A model generated the notes under the pieces. It did no database searches, was not told where the DNA came from, and saw only the letters and a list, made by a program, of their open reading frames with translations. From the NCBI GenBank assembly GCA_049295655.1, contig JBAQRB010000024.1, forward strand, positions 554 through 64,553: DNA of 64,000 nt. The letters are read 5' to 3'. Position 1 is the stretch's first letter, and each line of letters begins with the position of its first letter. Both the position numbers and the translations under genes were made by a program. Below, one piece after another: positions 45,328 to 54,622 of the stretch. Source of the DNA: Rhodocyclaceae bacterium (lineage in GTDB: Bacteria > Pseudomonadota > Gammaproteobacteria > Burkholderiales > Rhodocyclaceae).

Positions 45328-46300
45328 AACGGGCACCGGTCTGCTTGAAACGGGTCAGTGAAAACAGGGTGTCGTGTGCGTAAGCAGAAAGCTTGAGGCG
45401 CTCGCGCAGTTCGGCAATTTTTGCTTCGACTTCAGTGCGCGCCTGCCCGTGAATCATGCAAAAGAGGTTGTACGGCCAGTCCGGCCGCACGCGCGGGCGC
45501 TGATAGCACAGGGTGACGCCCGGTTCGCCCGCCAGCATCTCGCCGAGCGTCCCGACCAGCGGATCGGGAATATCCTGCACCAGCATGGCATTGGCCGTGT
45601 AGCCAAGCTCATGGTGGCGAACGACGACGCCGAAACGCTTGATGACGCCCTCCTCGCACCAGCGGCTGATCCTTTCGAGCACTTCGCTCTCTTCGCAGCC
45701 GACCCGGTTGGCGAGGACCTGGAAGGGGCGGATGAAGAGCGGCAGGCCCTCCTGCAGCGCCATCACCAGACGCCGTTCGAGTTCGCCGAGCTGCCTCGGC
45801 GGCATGAAGGGACGGGCCTGCACCGCGCGCTTCTCCTCCTTGCCGTTCAGCGAGAAACCGAGGTCGATGTGGTATTCCCGCTCGAGTGGCAACTTCAGCA
45901 CCGGATAGCCGGCGGCCTGCGCGATGGCGCCAAGCGCCGCCTGCAGCCGGCCTTCCGAACCGGCGGTGACGACGAACCACAGGTTGTAGCGGTGTTCGCG
46001 TTGGTAATTGTGATTGACCTCGGGAAAACGATTGACCGACTCGGCAACGCGCGCCAGCTTCTCGGGCGGCACGGCCATGGCGGCCAGCGTGCTGGCGCCG
46101 ATCCGCTTCGGCGCGAAGACGGCGCCGACGCGCGAAATCTTCCCTTCGCGGCGCAGTTCCTCGAGCATGCGCAGCACCGCGCCCTCGGCGACGCCAAGCG
46201 TCGCCGCGAGTTCGGCGAACGGCGCCGGGCAAAGCGGAAAATTTCGCTGGAAATTGTTGAGCAGGCGAAAGTCGAGTGTTTCTTCCATTGCTTCTTCCAT
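45320..46300 (-). CDS. nirDL: fused siroheme decarboxylase NirD-NirL
   Basis: 326 aa made of two tandem NirD/L/G/H-type modules (..EVNHNYQREHRYNLWFVV.. and ..TLCYQRPRVRPDWPYNLFCMIHG..). Its position after nirF matches the Paracoccus-type nirF-DL-G-H order. Confidence 0.85.
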   Translation of the reverse strand: MEEAMEETLDFRLLNNFQRNFPLCPAPFAELAATLGVAEGAVLRMLEELRREGKISRVGAVFAPKRIGASTLAAMAVPPEKLARVAESVNRFPEVNHNYQREHRYNLWFVVTAGSEGRLQAALGAIAQAAGYPVLKLPLEREYHIDLGFSLNGKEEKRAVQARPFMPPRQLGELERRLVMALQEGLPLFIRPFQVLANRVGCEESEVLERISRWCEEGVIKRFGVVVRHHELGYTANAMLVQDIPDPLVGTLGEMLAGEPGVTLCYQRPRVRPDWPYNLFCMIHGQARTEVEAKIAELRERLKLSAYAHDTLFSLTRFKQTGARYA

Positions 46301-46307
46301 CGCTCGA

Positions 46308-47474
46308 TCAGAATCCGGTGCGGCTGGCGCGGCTGGTGAAGAAAATGCCGCTCGGGCTGTCGGCGGCGAACTCGCCGATCCTGGCGAAAGTCGCCGTATC
46401 GTAGATCAGGACCTTGTTGTCGTCGCGCGCCGAGAGCCAGACGTGCTCGCCGCGCGGCGTGAATTCCATGTGCAGGATGGCCTTGCCGGGCTCCATCGTC
46501 TTGACGATCTTGCCGGTCAGCGTGTCGATCACTTCAACCGACGAATTGTCGGGAAAAGCGTAATTGACCCAGATCTGCCGCCCGTCCGGCCGCGCCATGA
46601 CAAACACCGGCTGCCCCTTGACCTTGATCCGGCCGACCTCGCGCCAGTTGTCGGCATCGACCACCAGCACTTCGTGGCGGCCGATCGCCGGCAGGTAGGC
46701 ATGGCCCTGCGCCATCGACCAGCCGCGCAGATGCGGCATCTTGAAGACCGGCAGCTTCTCCTGTCCGCGCCCGTAGTTCGCGAGGATCTTGCGCGCCCCC
46801 TGCTGCGGCAGCCAGGTATCGAGCAGGGCAATGCCATCCTCACCGAACAGCCCGGTCATGTAGAAACGCCCATCCGGCGTGACCAGCCCGTCGTAGGGCT
46901 GCTGTCCGGCAGGGAAACGCTGCGTTGTCGGATGCCGCGGATCGGAAAAGTCGCTCACCCAGATCTCGCCGCCTTCGAACAAGGCATAGCCGAAGCGGTT
47001 GCCCGACAGATCGGCCAGTCCGACGACCTTGGAAAATTTGCCCGGCGCGTATTCGGCCGGCACCTCGGAGAGCAGTTCGAGCGTATCGACGTCGAACGCC
47101 TTGATGCCGCCCGGCGTGTAATTCTGAGCAACGACGATGCGGCCATCCTGCGAGATCGAGCCGCCGATCGAGTTGCCGGCCTGCATGATGCGCTTGACGA
47201 CGCGCGCTTCGAGCAGATCGACCTTGGTCAGGCCGCCATCGCGACCGAAAATGAAGGCGTAGCGCCCATCGCGCGAATAGACGGCGGAGGCATGCGAGAG
47301 GTCGCCCAGTCCCTCGATCCGGGCATAGGGCGCGCGCTTGCTGGTATCGACCAACGTCAGCTTGCCGCTGGCGCGTTCGATGACCAGACCGAGATCGCCG
47401 GTGCCGCGCAGTTGTGGCGGCGTAGCGCAGGCGGAAAGGAGGACGACGGACAGGAGGGCGAGAATTTTTCGCAT
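46308..47474 (-). CDS. nirF: NirF (d1-type beta-propeller protein, heme d1 biosynthesis), lipoprotein
   Basis: ATG 47474 gives MRKILALLSVVLLSAC (lipobox). A cytochrome d1-type 8-bladed propeller-like sequence with no CXXCH, so it is not NirS. Confidence 0.85.
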   Translation of the reverse strand: MRKILALLSVVLLSACATPPQLRGTGDLGLVIERASGKLTLVDTSKRAPYARIEGLGDLSHASAVYSRDGRYAFIFGRDGGLTKVDLLEARVVKRIMQAGNSIGGSISQDGRIVVAQNYTPGGIKAFDVDTLELLSEVPAEYAPGKFSKVVGLADLSGNRFGYALFEGGEIWVSDFSDPRHPTTQRFPAGQQPYDGLVTPDGRFYMTGLFGEDGIALLDTWLPQQGARKILANYGRGQEKLPVFKMPHLRGWSMAQGHAYLPAIGRHEVLVVDADNWREVGRIKVKGQPVFVMARPDGRQIWVNYAFPDNSSVEVIDTLTGKIVKTMEPGKAILHMEFTPRGEHVWLSARDDNKVLIYDTATFARIGEFAADSPSGIFFTSRASRTGF

Positions 47475-47555
47475 GGACGATCTCAAGGGCTGATCAAACA
47501 AAAACGGCACAGCCCGAAGGATGCGCCGCCCGCTAGCGGAATACTTTGGCTTAGG

Positions 47556-48083
47556 TCAAAGGATGGGCTTGATCGCCGCTTCCATCTCGGCCTTGCTCAT
47601 GGCGCCGAGTTTCTTGGCGACGATCTTGCCGCTGCGGTCGATGACCACCGTGAACGGCAGGCCGGATTTCGGGTTGCCGAGCGCCTGCATCAGTTCGATG
47701 CCGCCCTGCGCACCGGCAATGACCAGCGGGTAGCTCATTTCGTAGGCCTTGGCGAACTCGCGAACGCTGTCGCGGTTGGCAGGATCCTCGACGGCAACGC
47801 CGACAATGACCAGGCCCTTGCCTTTGTATCTGGCGTGCATCTCGGCCAGATCGGGGATTTCCTTGCGGCACGGGCCGCACCAGCGCGCCCAGAAATTGAC
47901 GACGAGCGGCTTGCCCTTCAGCGAGGCGAAAGCGAGCGGCTGCTCGTCCGGCGTGTTCATCGTCAGCGCGAAGAAAGCCGCGGCTGACGTCGTTTCATCG
48001 GCACCGGCGGGGATGGCCGCAAACAGCCCCAGCAGGGCCAGGAGCGCCAACGTGTCGCCGGCCAGCTTTCTCAAGCGTGCCAT
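47556..48083 (-). CDS. TlpA-family periplasmic thiol:disulfide oxidoreductase
   Basis: 175 aa with a signal anchor and a thioredoxin CxxC (NFWARWCGPCRKE). ATG 48083 shares 1 nt with the nosY stop. The ORF-track N-terminal extension to 48614 is rejected. Confidence 0.85.
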   Translation of the reverse strand: MARLRKLAGDTLALLALLGLFAAIPAGADETTSAAAFFALTMNTPDEQPLAFASLKGKPLVVNFWARWCGPCRKEIPDLAEMHARYKGKGLVIVGVAVEDPANRDSVREFAKAYEMSYPLVIAGAQGGIELMQALGNPKSGLPFTVVIDRSGKIVAKKLGAMSKAEMEAAIKPIL

Positions 48084-48925
48084 CACGGCAGGTCCGAGCG
48101 GCGGAAGGTCAGGTAGCCGACCAGCGCACAGAGCGAACCAATCAGCACCGGGTAGACCAGCGCGTAGACCTGATAAGCGGTTGCGCCGAAAAGATCGAGG
48201 ATGACGTAGGCCGACGGCCCGAGGACGATCAGCTGCGGATCGAACATGGCCAGCGCCGCCGTGCGGAAAACCTGCAGCGGGTTGGCCAGTGCGATGCTCA
48301 CCGCGACCTCGGGGGCGACGTGGCCCTGGATCATGATGCCGAGCAGGATCAGGTCGAGGAAAAGCAGCATCGTCAGCCAGACCATGAAGGCCGCGCCCTG
48401 TGCCACGTCGGTGCTGCGCGCCAGCGTCGAAATCAGCATGCCGATACCGAGAAAGCACCAAGCCATCGCCGCGAGCAGCGCGGTGTAGTAGAAGAACATT
48501 CCCCACGGCACTTCGACGCCCTGGATCAGCGACCAGACCACCGAGCCGAGCATGGCGACGAAAACCGGCAGGAAAATGGTGACGTAGCGGCCGATGATCT
48601 TGCCCCAGAACCATGCCGAAAGCGACACCGGCAACGAGAGCAGATATTCGAAAACGCCGGCCTCGCGGTCGCCGGCAACCGAACGCACCGTCGTGATCAG
48701 GACAAAGACCGGCAGGATGGCCATGGTCAGCTGGATGTAGGTGACCAGCAGGCGCGACAGGCCGATAAAACCGAGCACGCGCGACTCGGTGAGGCCGAAG
48801 GCGAAGAGCAGCGCGACGATGCCGCCGAAGACCAGGCTGTAGATCAGGAACCAGCGCGCACGCAAGGATTCGACGATATCGAGCTTGGCGGTCAGAAAGA
48901 GTGTGTTCATGCTTTGCTTATCCAC
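48083..48925 (-). CDS. nosY: NosY, ABC-2 type permease of the NosDFY complex
   Basis: ~275-280 aa polytopic membrane protein with 6 predicted TM helices. Start is GTG 48925 or ATG 48910. It lies within the nos cluster. Confidence 0.85.
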   Translation of the reverse strand: MDKQSMNTLFLTAKLDIVESLRARWFLIYSLVFGGIVALLFAFGLTESRVLGFIGLSRLLVTYIQLTMAILPVFVLITTVRSVAGDREAGVFEYLLSLPVSLSAWFWGKIIGRYVTIFLPVFVAMLGSVVWSLIQGVEVPWGMFFYYTALLAAMAWCFLGIGMLISTLARSTDVAQGAAFMVWLTMLLFLDLILLGIMIQGHVAPEVAVSIALANPLQVFRTAALAMFDPQLIVLGPSAYVILDLFGATAYQVYALVYPVLIGSLCALVGYLTFRRSDLP

Positions 48926-49363
48926 TCATTTGCCGCGCGAAAGAATGCGCTTTTTCATTTCGGCATAGGGAATCGCCCCGTCTTCGGGCTTGGCGAGCGC
49001 GGCAAAGTGATAACCCATCGGGCTCTTCTTGCCTTCGAGATAGAAAGCCTTGCGCGCATCGAGCCAGCCGCCGTACTGGTAGTCGGCGACCCAGTACTCG
49101 GTATTCGGCGTCTGCTCGCTGAAAGTCTGCTGCATCAGCCAGAACATCGCGCAGCCGATGTCGTCGAACTTCCAGGGCTTGCGGTTGGCATCGCGGATCT
49201 GCGCGGCGAAACGCTTGTCGCTGATCACCATGCTGCAGCGCGGATCGGTTTCGCGATCCCATTTGATATCGACCGGGCCGGAGTTCGGCTCGCCACGGCA
49301 GCCGGCGAGTGAAAGCCCGAGAGCAGCAGCCGGCAGCGCGGCACAGAAATGGCGTCGTTTCAT
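48926..49363 (-). CDS. nosL: NosL copper-binding lipoprotein
   Basis: ATG 49363 gives MKRRHFCAALPAAALGLSLAGC (lipobox). NosL-like DPRCSMVISDKRFAAQ. The long ORF-track extension to 50104 is rejected. Confidence 0.85.
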   Translation of the reverse strand: MKRRHFCAALPAAALGLSLAGCRGEPNSGPVDIKWDRETDPRCSMVISDKRFAAQIRDANRKPWKFDDIGCAMFWLMQQTFSEQTPNTEYWVADYQYGGWLDARKAFYLEGKKSPMGYHFAALAKPEDGAIPYAEMKKRILSRGK

Positions 49364-49365
49364 AT

Positions 49366-50238
49366 TTATTGCAATGTAATCGATGGATCGACTTCGGCCA
49401 TCTCGATCCGCACCAGCAGACCGACATAACGCGAAACCATGCCGAGAAAGCGCAGGCGATCGGGGCCCGAAACGAGACCATGCCACTCCAGCCCGTCGCG
49501 CCGGTCGGCAAACTGCCAGGAAACGAGCGTCTTGGCGATCGCCTGGTCGGCACGCGCCAGCGTCAGCCGGCACTCGAACAGTGCCGACAGCTTGGATTCC
49601 TCGGCAACGCGGTCGTCGAGGACGACCTTGCCCATGTCCATCTCGACGACCCGATTGACCAGTGAGGCCACTTCGTCGAGACGGTGGCTGGAGATGATCA
49701 TCGTCGTATTTTCCAGGCGCTCGGCAAGCAGCTGGAAGAAGATGTGCCGCGCTTCGGGGTCGAGGTTGGCCGCCGGCTCGTCCATCACCAGCACCTGCGT
49801 ATCGCGGCCCAATGCAATGGCGATCAAGAGCTTCTGCTTCATGCCGCCGGACAGGCGGTTGAACGGACGCGCCAGAATCTCTTCGACATCGAGCCCAAGA
49901 CGCGTCGCGATGCCGTGAATACGCTTCGGATCGGAGTGGCAGACCGCCGCGGCAAAATTGACCAGCTGGCCGACCGGCATCTTGAGCGGCGGCGGCAACT
50001 GCGGCACGAAACCGACCTTGCCGAGTACGCTGGTGCGTTCGTTGCGCGGACTCTGGGCGTCGATGCTGACCTTGCCGTCGTGCGTGTATTCGCCGAGCAG
50101 GCAACGGATCAGTGTCGTTTTCCCCGCACCGTTCGAGCCGATCAGCGCGATGCGCTCGCCGAGTTGAATATCCAGACTGACGCCATCGAGAACCCGATTG
50201 CGCTTGAAGAGTTTGCTTACATTTTCAAAACGAATCAT
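49366..50238 (-). CDS. nosF: NosF ABC ATPase
   Basis: Walker A GSNGAGKTT, signature LSGGMKQK and Walker B VLVMDEPAANLD, in nos context. Confidence 0.9.
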   Translation of the reverse strand: MIRFENVSKLFKRNRVLDGVSLDIQLGERIALIGSNGAGKTTLIRCLLGEYTHDGKVSIDAQSPRNERTSVLGKVGFVPQLPPPLKMPVGQLVNFAAAVCHSDPKRIHGIATRLGLDVEEILARPFNRLSGGMKQKLLIAIALGRDTQVLVMDEPAANLDPEARHIFFQLLAERLENTTMIISSHRLDEVASLVNRVVEMDMGKVVLDDRVAEESKLSALFECRLTLARADQAIAKTLVSWQFADRRDGLEWHGLVSGPDRLRFLGMVSRYVGLLVRIEMAEVDPSITLQ

Positions 50239-50250
50239 TGACGACTTTAC

Positions 50251-51216
50251 TCAGAGCAGCTTGCTCAAACCTTTTACATCGAAAACCAGCGCACCACTCG
50301 GACAAACATCGACGCACAGGCCGCAGCGCGTGCAGTCGGGACCGATCGCCATATGCTTGTCGGGGGCACGCCCCTTGATGACGACATCGAGAACGTGCGG
50401 CACCAGACAGACCTTGCGGCAATCGCCCTCGTGGAAACAGTTTTCCAGCCGGTATTGAATGCGCAGGGGTGAAATGGCGCCCACCATACCATAGGTCAGG
50501 CCGATCGGGCAGACGTAGCGGCACCAGGCGCGACGCGAATAGACCACCTCGAAGACCAGCAGCAGCAGAACCCAGCCGAGCGCCAGCGACGGCCCGTAGA
50601 TCAATGCCCGTGACAGGATGCCGGTCGGCGAGATGGTCTCGAAAACGGTATAGCCGCTGACCAGCGCCATGACCGAGAAGAGCAGCCAGAAAACGGTGCG
50701 CGTCCCGCGATGGAACTCGTGATCGCTGACCAGCTTCTTGTCGACGAGCTTCAGATGCAGCCACTCGAATCCCTCGGCAACCAGATGATACGGACAGACC
50801 CAGGAGCAGAACGAACGCCCGCCGAGCGCCGCCCACAAGACGAAGACCGTCGCCGTCCCGATGAACAGGTTCACGATGATGTGCTTGTGCGCGAGCATCA
50901 CCTGCAGCGCGGAATTGAGATCGATCAGGTGGAAGCCGGCAAAGCGCGAGGCGGTCAGCGCGCCTTCGAGCAACTGGATGTCGAGCCAGAATGAGACGGT
51001 AAACAGCAGGTTGGTAAACAGCAGCACCGCCCAGCGCCGGTTACGCCATTTGTGCGAAACCAGTTGATGCTCGCGCGCATGCTGCTTCTGGGCCTCGAAA
51101 TCGGCCTTGCTCATGCGCTTCATTTCATGAATCTGGCGCGCTTCGGGCGTAAATTCGACGGCCTTCTGCGGCTGCGCGCCGAGCATGACCTTGATCCGTT
51201 CAAAGGCACCCATCAT
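50251..51216 (-). CDS. nosH: NosH (NapH-like membrane 4Fe-4S protein)
   Basis: Four TM helices with CxxxCP motifs (FCSWVCP, WCRYVCP). C-terminal ferredoxin-like CTRCGLCVDVCP. Confidence 0.8.
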   Translation of the reverse strand: MMGAFERIKVMLGAQPQKAVEFTPEARQIHEMKRMSKADFEAQKQHAREHQLVSHKWRNRRWAVLLFTNLLFTVSFWLDIQLLEGALTASRFAGFHLIDLNSALQVMLAHKHIIVNLFIGTATVFVLWAALGGRSFCSWVCPYHLVAEGFEWLHLKLVDKKLVSDHEFHRGTRTVFWLLFSVMALVSGYTVFETISPTGILSRALIYGPSLALGWVLLLLVFEVVYSRRAWCRYVCPIGLTYGMVGAISPLRIQYRLENCFHEGDCRKVCLVPHVLDVVIKGRAPDKHMAIGPDCTRCGLCVDVCPSGALVFDVKGLSKLL

Positions 51217-52058
51217 GCACTCCAGGCTTTACGTTCTTCGACGACGATGGCCGTCGGCTCAACCGGGCAGATCATTTCGCAAACACCGCAGCCGACGCAT
51301 TGTTCGAGCACGACCGGCCGGTAGCGCTTGACGCCGTCGGCGCCAACCGTCTGCTCAAGCTTGATCGCATCCTTGATCGGGCATTCGGTGACGCAAAGAT
51401 CGCAGATATCGCGCTCGTAGGGATGATCGCGCACGGCGATCGGCTTCCAGCGATCGACCTCCATGTAACGCATGCGGCCCGTGAAACCAGCGCCGCGGGC
51501 CTGCCCCTTGAAGCCCTTGCCCTGCACCGCAAGACAGGCTTCCGGACGCGACAAACGGGCGATCCCGGTACGCTCCTTGAGGTTGAGCGTCGGCTCGGCG
51601 TCCTTCTCCTTGGCCTTGAGCACCGGCGCATGGGCAAGCTTCATGCCTTCGCGCAGGTCGGCAAAAGGCGGCTTGATGTAGGTCAGCGCGCCGGTCGGAC
51701 AGGCCAGAATGCACTGCACCGCATCGCACGAAAAGTCGCACGCCTGCTGGCGCGAATCGATGTAGGGCACGCCGATGCCGAACCCGGAATCGATGTCGTC
51801 GAGCTTGATTGCCGCGACCGGACAGACCTGGACGCACTGGCCGCACTTGATGCACGACGAAAGGAAATCATGCTCTTCGAGCGCCCCCGGCGGCCGCATC
51901 CGTGACTTGCGGGCATTGGCGACCGGCAGATAGCCGAGCATCGATAGTCCGACGACACCACCGGTCAGCAGCACCGAGCGAATGAACTTACGGCGATTGG
52001 CTTGCTTGCGAACCGGCGCCACGGGACGCTTTACGGTGGGTTTGTTCTCATCGCTCAT
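51213..52058 (-). CDS. nosG: NosG (NapG-like periplasmic poly-ferredoxin, Tat signal)
   Basis: Twin-arginine N-terminus (NRRKFIRSVLLTGGVVG) and multiple CxxCxxCxxxCP clusters (CIKCGQCVQVCP, CVGCGVCEMICP). Confidence 0.8.
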   Translation of the reverse strand: MSDENKPTVKRPVAPVRKQANRRKFIRSVLLTGGVVGLSMLGYLPVANARKSRMRPPGALEEHDFLSSCIKCGQCVQVCPVAAIKLDDIDSGFGIGVPYIDSRQQACDFSCDAVQCILACPTGALTYIKPPFADLREGMKLAHAPVLKAKEKDAEPTLNLKERTGIARLSRPEACLAVQGKGFKGQARGAGFTGRMRYMEVDRWKPIAVRDHPYERDICDLCVTECPIKDAIKLEQTVGADGVKRYRPVVLEQCVGCGVCEMICPVEPTAIVVEERKAWSA

Positions 52059-53472
52059 GGCTGGACCGCCTGCTCAACTGCTGAGGTTTATTGAAGATCG
52101 GTTTCTCGTCGCGCAGAATCAGCGTCGGTGTTGAGAACGGCGCCAGACGTTCGAGAAAATCGAGCGTTTCCATCATCGGCGCGTTGCGGAAGAATCGCGC
52201 GTAGGGCACTTCCATCCAGACCTGATCGGCAAAGGCATACAGTTCGTGCGCCATGTCGCCGATATTGTCGCCGTTACGGTCGAAGCCCTTGTAATCGTCC
52301 CAGTAGTTGCCGCGCCAGACGTTGTTGCGGGCACTGCCGGTATCGCCCAGGGCAACCTGGGTCAGGTTTCCTTCGAAAGCATTGCCCTCGACAATAGTGC
52401 CTTCCTTGTCGGCCAAAAAACTCAGTCCAATGCCGTTGTAGGCGATCCGGTTGTTGCGGATCGTGATCGTACTGTCCGGCTCGAAGGGCGACATGTCGAG
52501 ACCGACGCCAACGCCGCAGTAGATGATTTCGTTGCCTTCGACGATGACGTCGGAAGCTTCCTTGAAGCCGACCGCCATGCCGGTCGGACCGTTGGCGTGC
52601 GAAAAGACGTTATTGCGGATTGCGCCGCCGCCGGAATACATGATGTAGACGCCGACTGCGTTGTCGTAGAAGCGATTGCCCTCGATCAGATTGTTGGCGG
52701 CGAACATGAAATGAATCGAATAGCGGCTGCGCCGGCCGACGTTGTTGAGGTAATAGTTGTCGTTCGAATACCACGCGACCATGTCCCGCGAATCCTCGAT
52801 GGTATTGGCCTCGATCAGGTTCTTGTTGCTGTACCACAGGCGCAAGCCATCGCCGCGCGTGCCGAGATCGAAGGGTTTTGAACGAATGGTGTTGCGGCGA
52901 ACGATGTTGCTGTTCGACTTCTTCAGGTCGATGCCGAACAGGCAGTTGTCGATGCGGATATCTTCGATCACGTTGCGGTCGCCGCGCACGTTGAGACAGG
53001 CATCGTCCGAATCGTGCGACGAACCGGAGTTGGTCAGGTGCAGGCCGCGCAAGACGGCGTCGCTCGCCTCGAGGACGAAGACGGTGCCGCTGCCGCCGCC
53101 ATCAACGACCACCTGACCGCCGCCTTCGATGGTCAGCGTCTTGTTGACGACCACCGGACCGGAATAGCGCCCGGGCTTGAGCTTGAGGAGAGAACCCGCC
53201 GGCGCGTCATTGACCAAGTCCTGCAGGAACGGCAGACCCGCGACGCGCGGCGTCGTCGGGATCGCCGCCTTTTCGTCGGCACTGCCCCAGCCCGCCGAAG
53301 CCGGCGCGCCCATTCCGTCGGACTTGGCGGCTGCCGGCCGGGCGCCATCGGACTGACTCCCCCGGACACCGCTGCGCTGCAGTGCCATCAGCGCATCCTC
53401 GGCACCGCCCAGCGAGGGCATCATGAGGGCAATCCCGAAAGAAAGCCCGACGACTAGCGCACGACCGTACAT
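52048..53472 (-). CDS. nosD: NosD periplasmic parallel beta-helix protein
   Basis: Repetitive beta-helix sequence typical of NosD, with a signal peptide. ATG 53472 lies 7 nt after GGAG and 4 nt after the nosB stop; the ORF track starts at GTG 53496. Confidence 0.9.
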   Translation of the reverse strand: MYGRALVVGLSFGIALMMPSLGGAEDALMALQRSGVRGSQSDGARPAAAKSDGMGAPASAGWGSADEKAAIPTTPRVAGLPFLQDLVNDAPAGSLLKLKPGRYSGPVVVNKTLTIEGGGQVVVDGGGSGTVFVLEASDAVLRGLHLTNSGSSHDSDDACLNVRGDRNVIEDIRIDNCLFGIDLKKSNSNIVRRNTIRSKPFDLGTRGDGLRLWYSNKNLIEANTIEDSRDMVAWYSNDNYYLNNVGRRSRYSIHFMFAANNLIEGNRFYDNAVGVYIMYSGGGAIRNNVFSHANGPTGMAVGFKEASDVIVEGNEIIYCGVGVGLDMSPFEPDSTITIRNNRIAYNGIGLSFLADKEGTIVEGNAFEGNLTQVALGDTGSARNNVWRGNYWDDYKGFDRNGDNIGDMAHELYAFADQVWMEVPYARFFRNAPMMETLDFLERLAPFSTPTLILRDEKPIFNKPQQLSRRSSHER

Positions 53473-53476
53473 CTTT

Positions 53477-54463
53477 CTACTCCGCCGAACCTTCACGCAC
53501 CTGCTTGCGCCGAATCAGGATGGCCAGCGCCAGACAGGCGGAAACGACGAGCAGCATGGCATAGCCCCAGTAGGGGTAGGAATAGGTACTGAACTGGGCG
53601 ACCTTGCCTTCGCCGAAGACGGTCGGCATGAAAGGCTTGACCGTGAACGCGCCCCACGGGTGCATGTTGTGACCGAAGAACCAGAGCCAGCCAGCATAGG
53701 TGATCACGAAAAACACCGGCAGCAGCGCGGGAACAAGCGCCAGCAGCAAGGAGAAGTTGCCGACCGTAGCGACGCCGGCAACGACGATCCCCATCGCAAC
53801 AATGAGACCGACAATCGCAAGGTGGGTCACATTGCGCACGTTATCGCCCCAGGTCTTGATCTTTTCCGGCTCGTTGAAGAAGGTCGCCGCATCGTTGACG
53901 TAGCTTGCAACGTGGGCATCGAGCGCCCCCAGGGCGTATTGATCGACCAGCATCCAGGCCGCAACGGCGGCGAAGCCAGCCGAAAGAACGAGCACGCGGG
54001 TTTTGCGTTTTGGCGCCATGAAGCCGGCGAGCATCACGGCAAAGAAAGCGAAGAAGAATTTGGCCAGCGGCTTCTCGACCGGTGCGCCGGTGGAAATCGG
54101 GAACATGCCGACGTAGTGATTGATGGTATTCATCTCATGGACGCAATCAAGCCCCTCGGCGCCCTTATTGAGATCTTTTTTCACATCGGTAATCGGGTTG
54201 TAGCGCTCGTCCTCGTGCGACAGATCCTTCTGGATGATCTCGTTGGCCATGCGCGTACCCTTGCCGGCGGCCTTGCAGCCGTTGTACACGCCGTCAAAAT
54301 GGAAGTGGATACGGATGCCATCCGGGAAAGCATCCTTCGGGTAATTCGGTGCGGTCAGCGAGACCCACCAGATGGGTGCAAAGTAGGCGGCGATCATCAC
54401 CACCATGGCGACGAAAGTCAGGCCACCGACGATGAGATTCTGTTTCTTGGCTTGCGCGGACAT
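53477..54463 (-). CDS. nosB: NosB-like integral membrane protein (clade II nos clusters)
   Basis: 328-aa polytopic membrane protein lying between the nos cytochromes and nosD, the position occupied by nosB in atypical nos clusters. The call rests on context and general resemblance. Confidence 0.65.
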   Translation of the reverse strand: MSAQAKKQNLIVGGLTFVAMVVMIAAYFAPIWWVSLTAPNYPKDAFPDGIRIHFHFDGVYNGCKAAGKGTRMANEIIQKDLSHEDERYNPITDVKKDLNKGAEGLDCVHEMNTINHYVGMFPISTGAPVEKPLAKFFFAFFAVMLAGFMAPKRKTRVLVLSAGFAAVAAWMLVDQYALGALDAHVASYVNDAATFFNEPEKIKTWGDNVRNVTHLAIVGLIVAMGIVVAGVATVGNFSLLLALVPALLPVFFVITYAGWLWFFGHNMHPWGAFTVKPFMPTVFGEGKVAQFSTYSYPYWGYAMLLVVSACLALAILIRRKQVREGSAE

Positions 54464-54572
54464 TTCACGATCCTTTGTTGACCCGGCGGCATGAAGGCTT
54501 GCTGTTCCCGTTGCCGCTCAAAAACTCCGTATTACAGCATATGCTGATTTACTAACTTTCACTGTAGTACAA

Positions 54573-54598
54573 AGCCCGCCACTGGAAAGTAGCGGGCT
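54573..54598 (-). terminator. hairpin between di-heme cytochrome gene and nosB (possible attenuator/terminator)
   Basis: AGCCCGC (54573-79) pairs with GCGGGCT (54592-98). It is flanked by an A-run and a T-run. On the minus strand it is followed by UUUGU only, so it is weak in the operon direction. Confidence 0.3.
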
Positions 54599-54622
54599 TT
54601 TTTACTGCCGAAAACCCCCTGC

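Noticed and set aside
46308-47474. I considered whether the d1-type propeller protein is the nitrite reductase NirS.
   Set aside because: There is no CXXCH heme c domain. The length (~388 aa), the lipobox N-terminus and the position immediately before nirDL-G-H all fit NirF.
47484-47497. Possible FNR box upstream of nirF (minus strand TTGATCAGCCCTTG).
   Set aside because: Only the left half-site matches TTGAT. The right half (CCTTG) does not resemble ATCAA/GTCAA, so it is not reported as a site.
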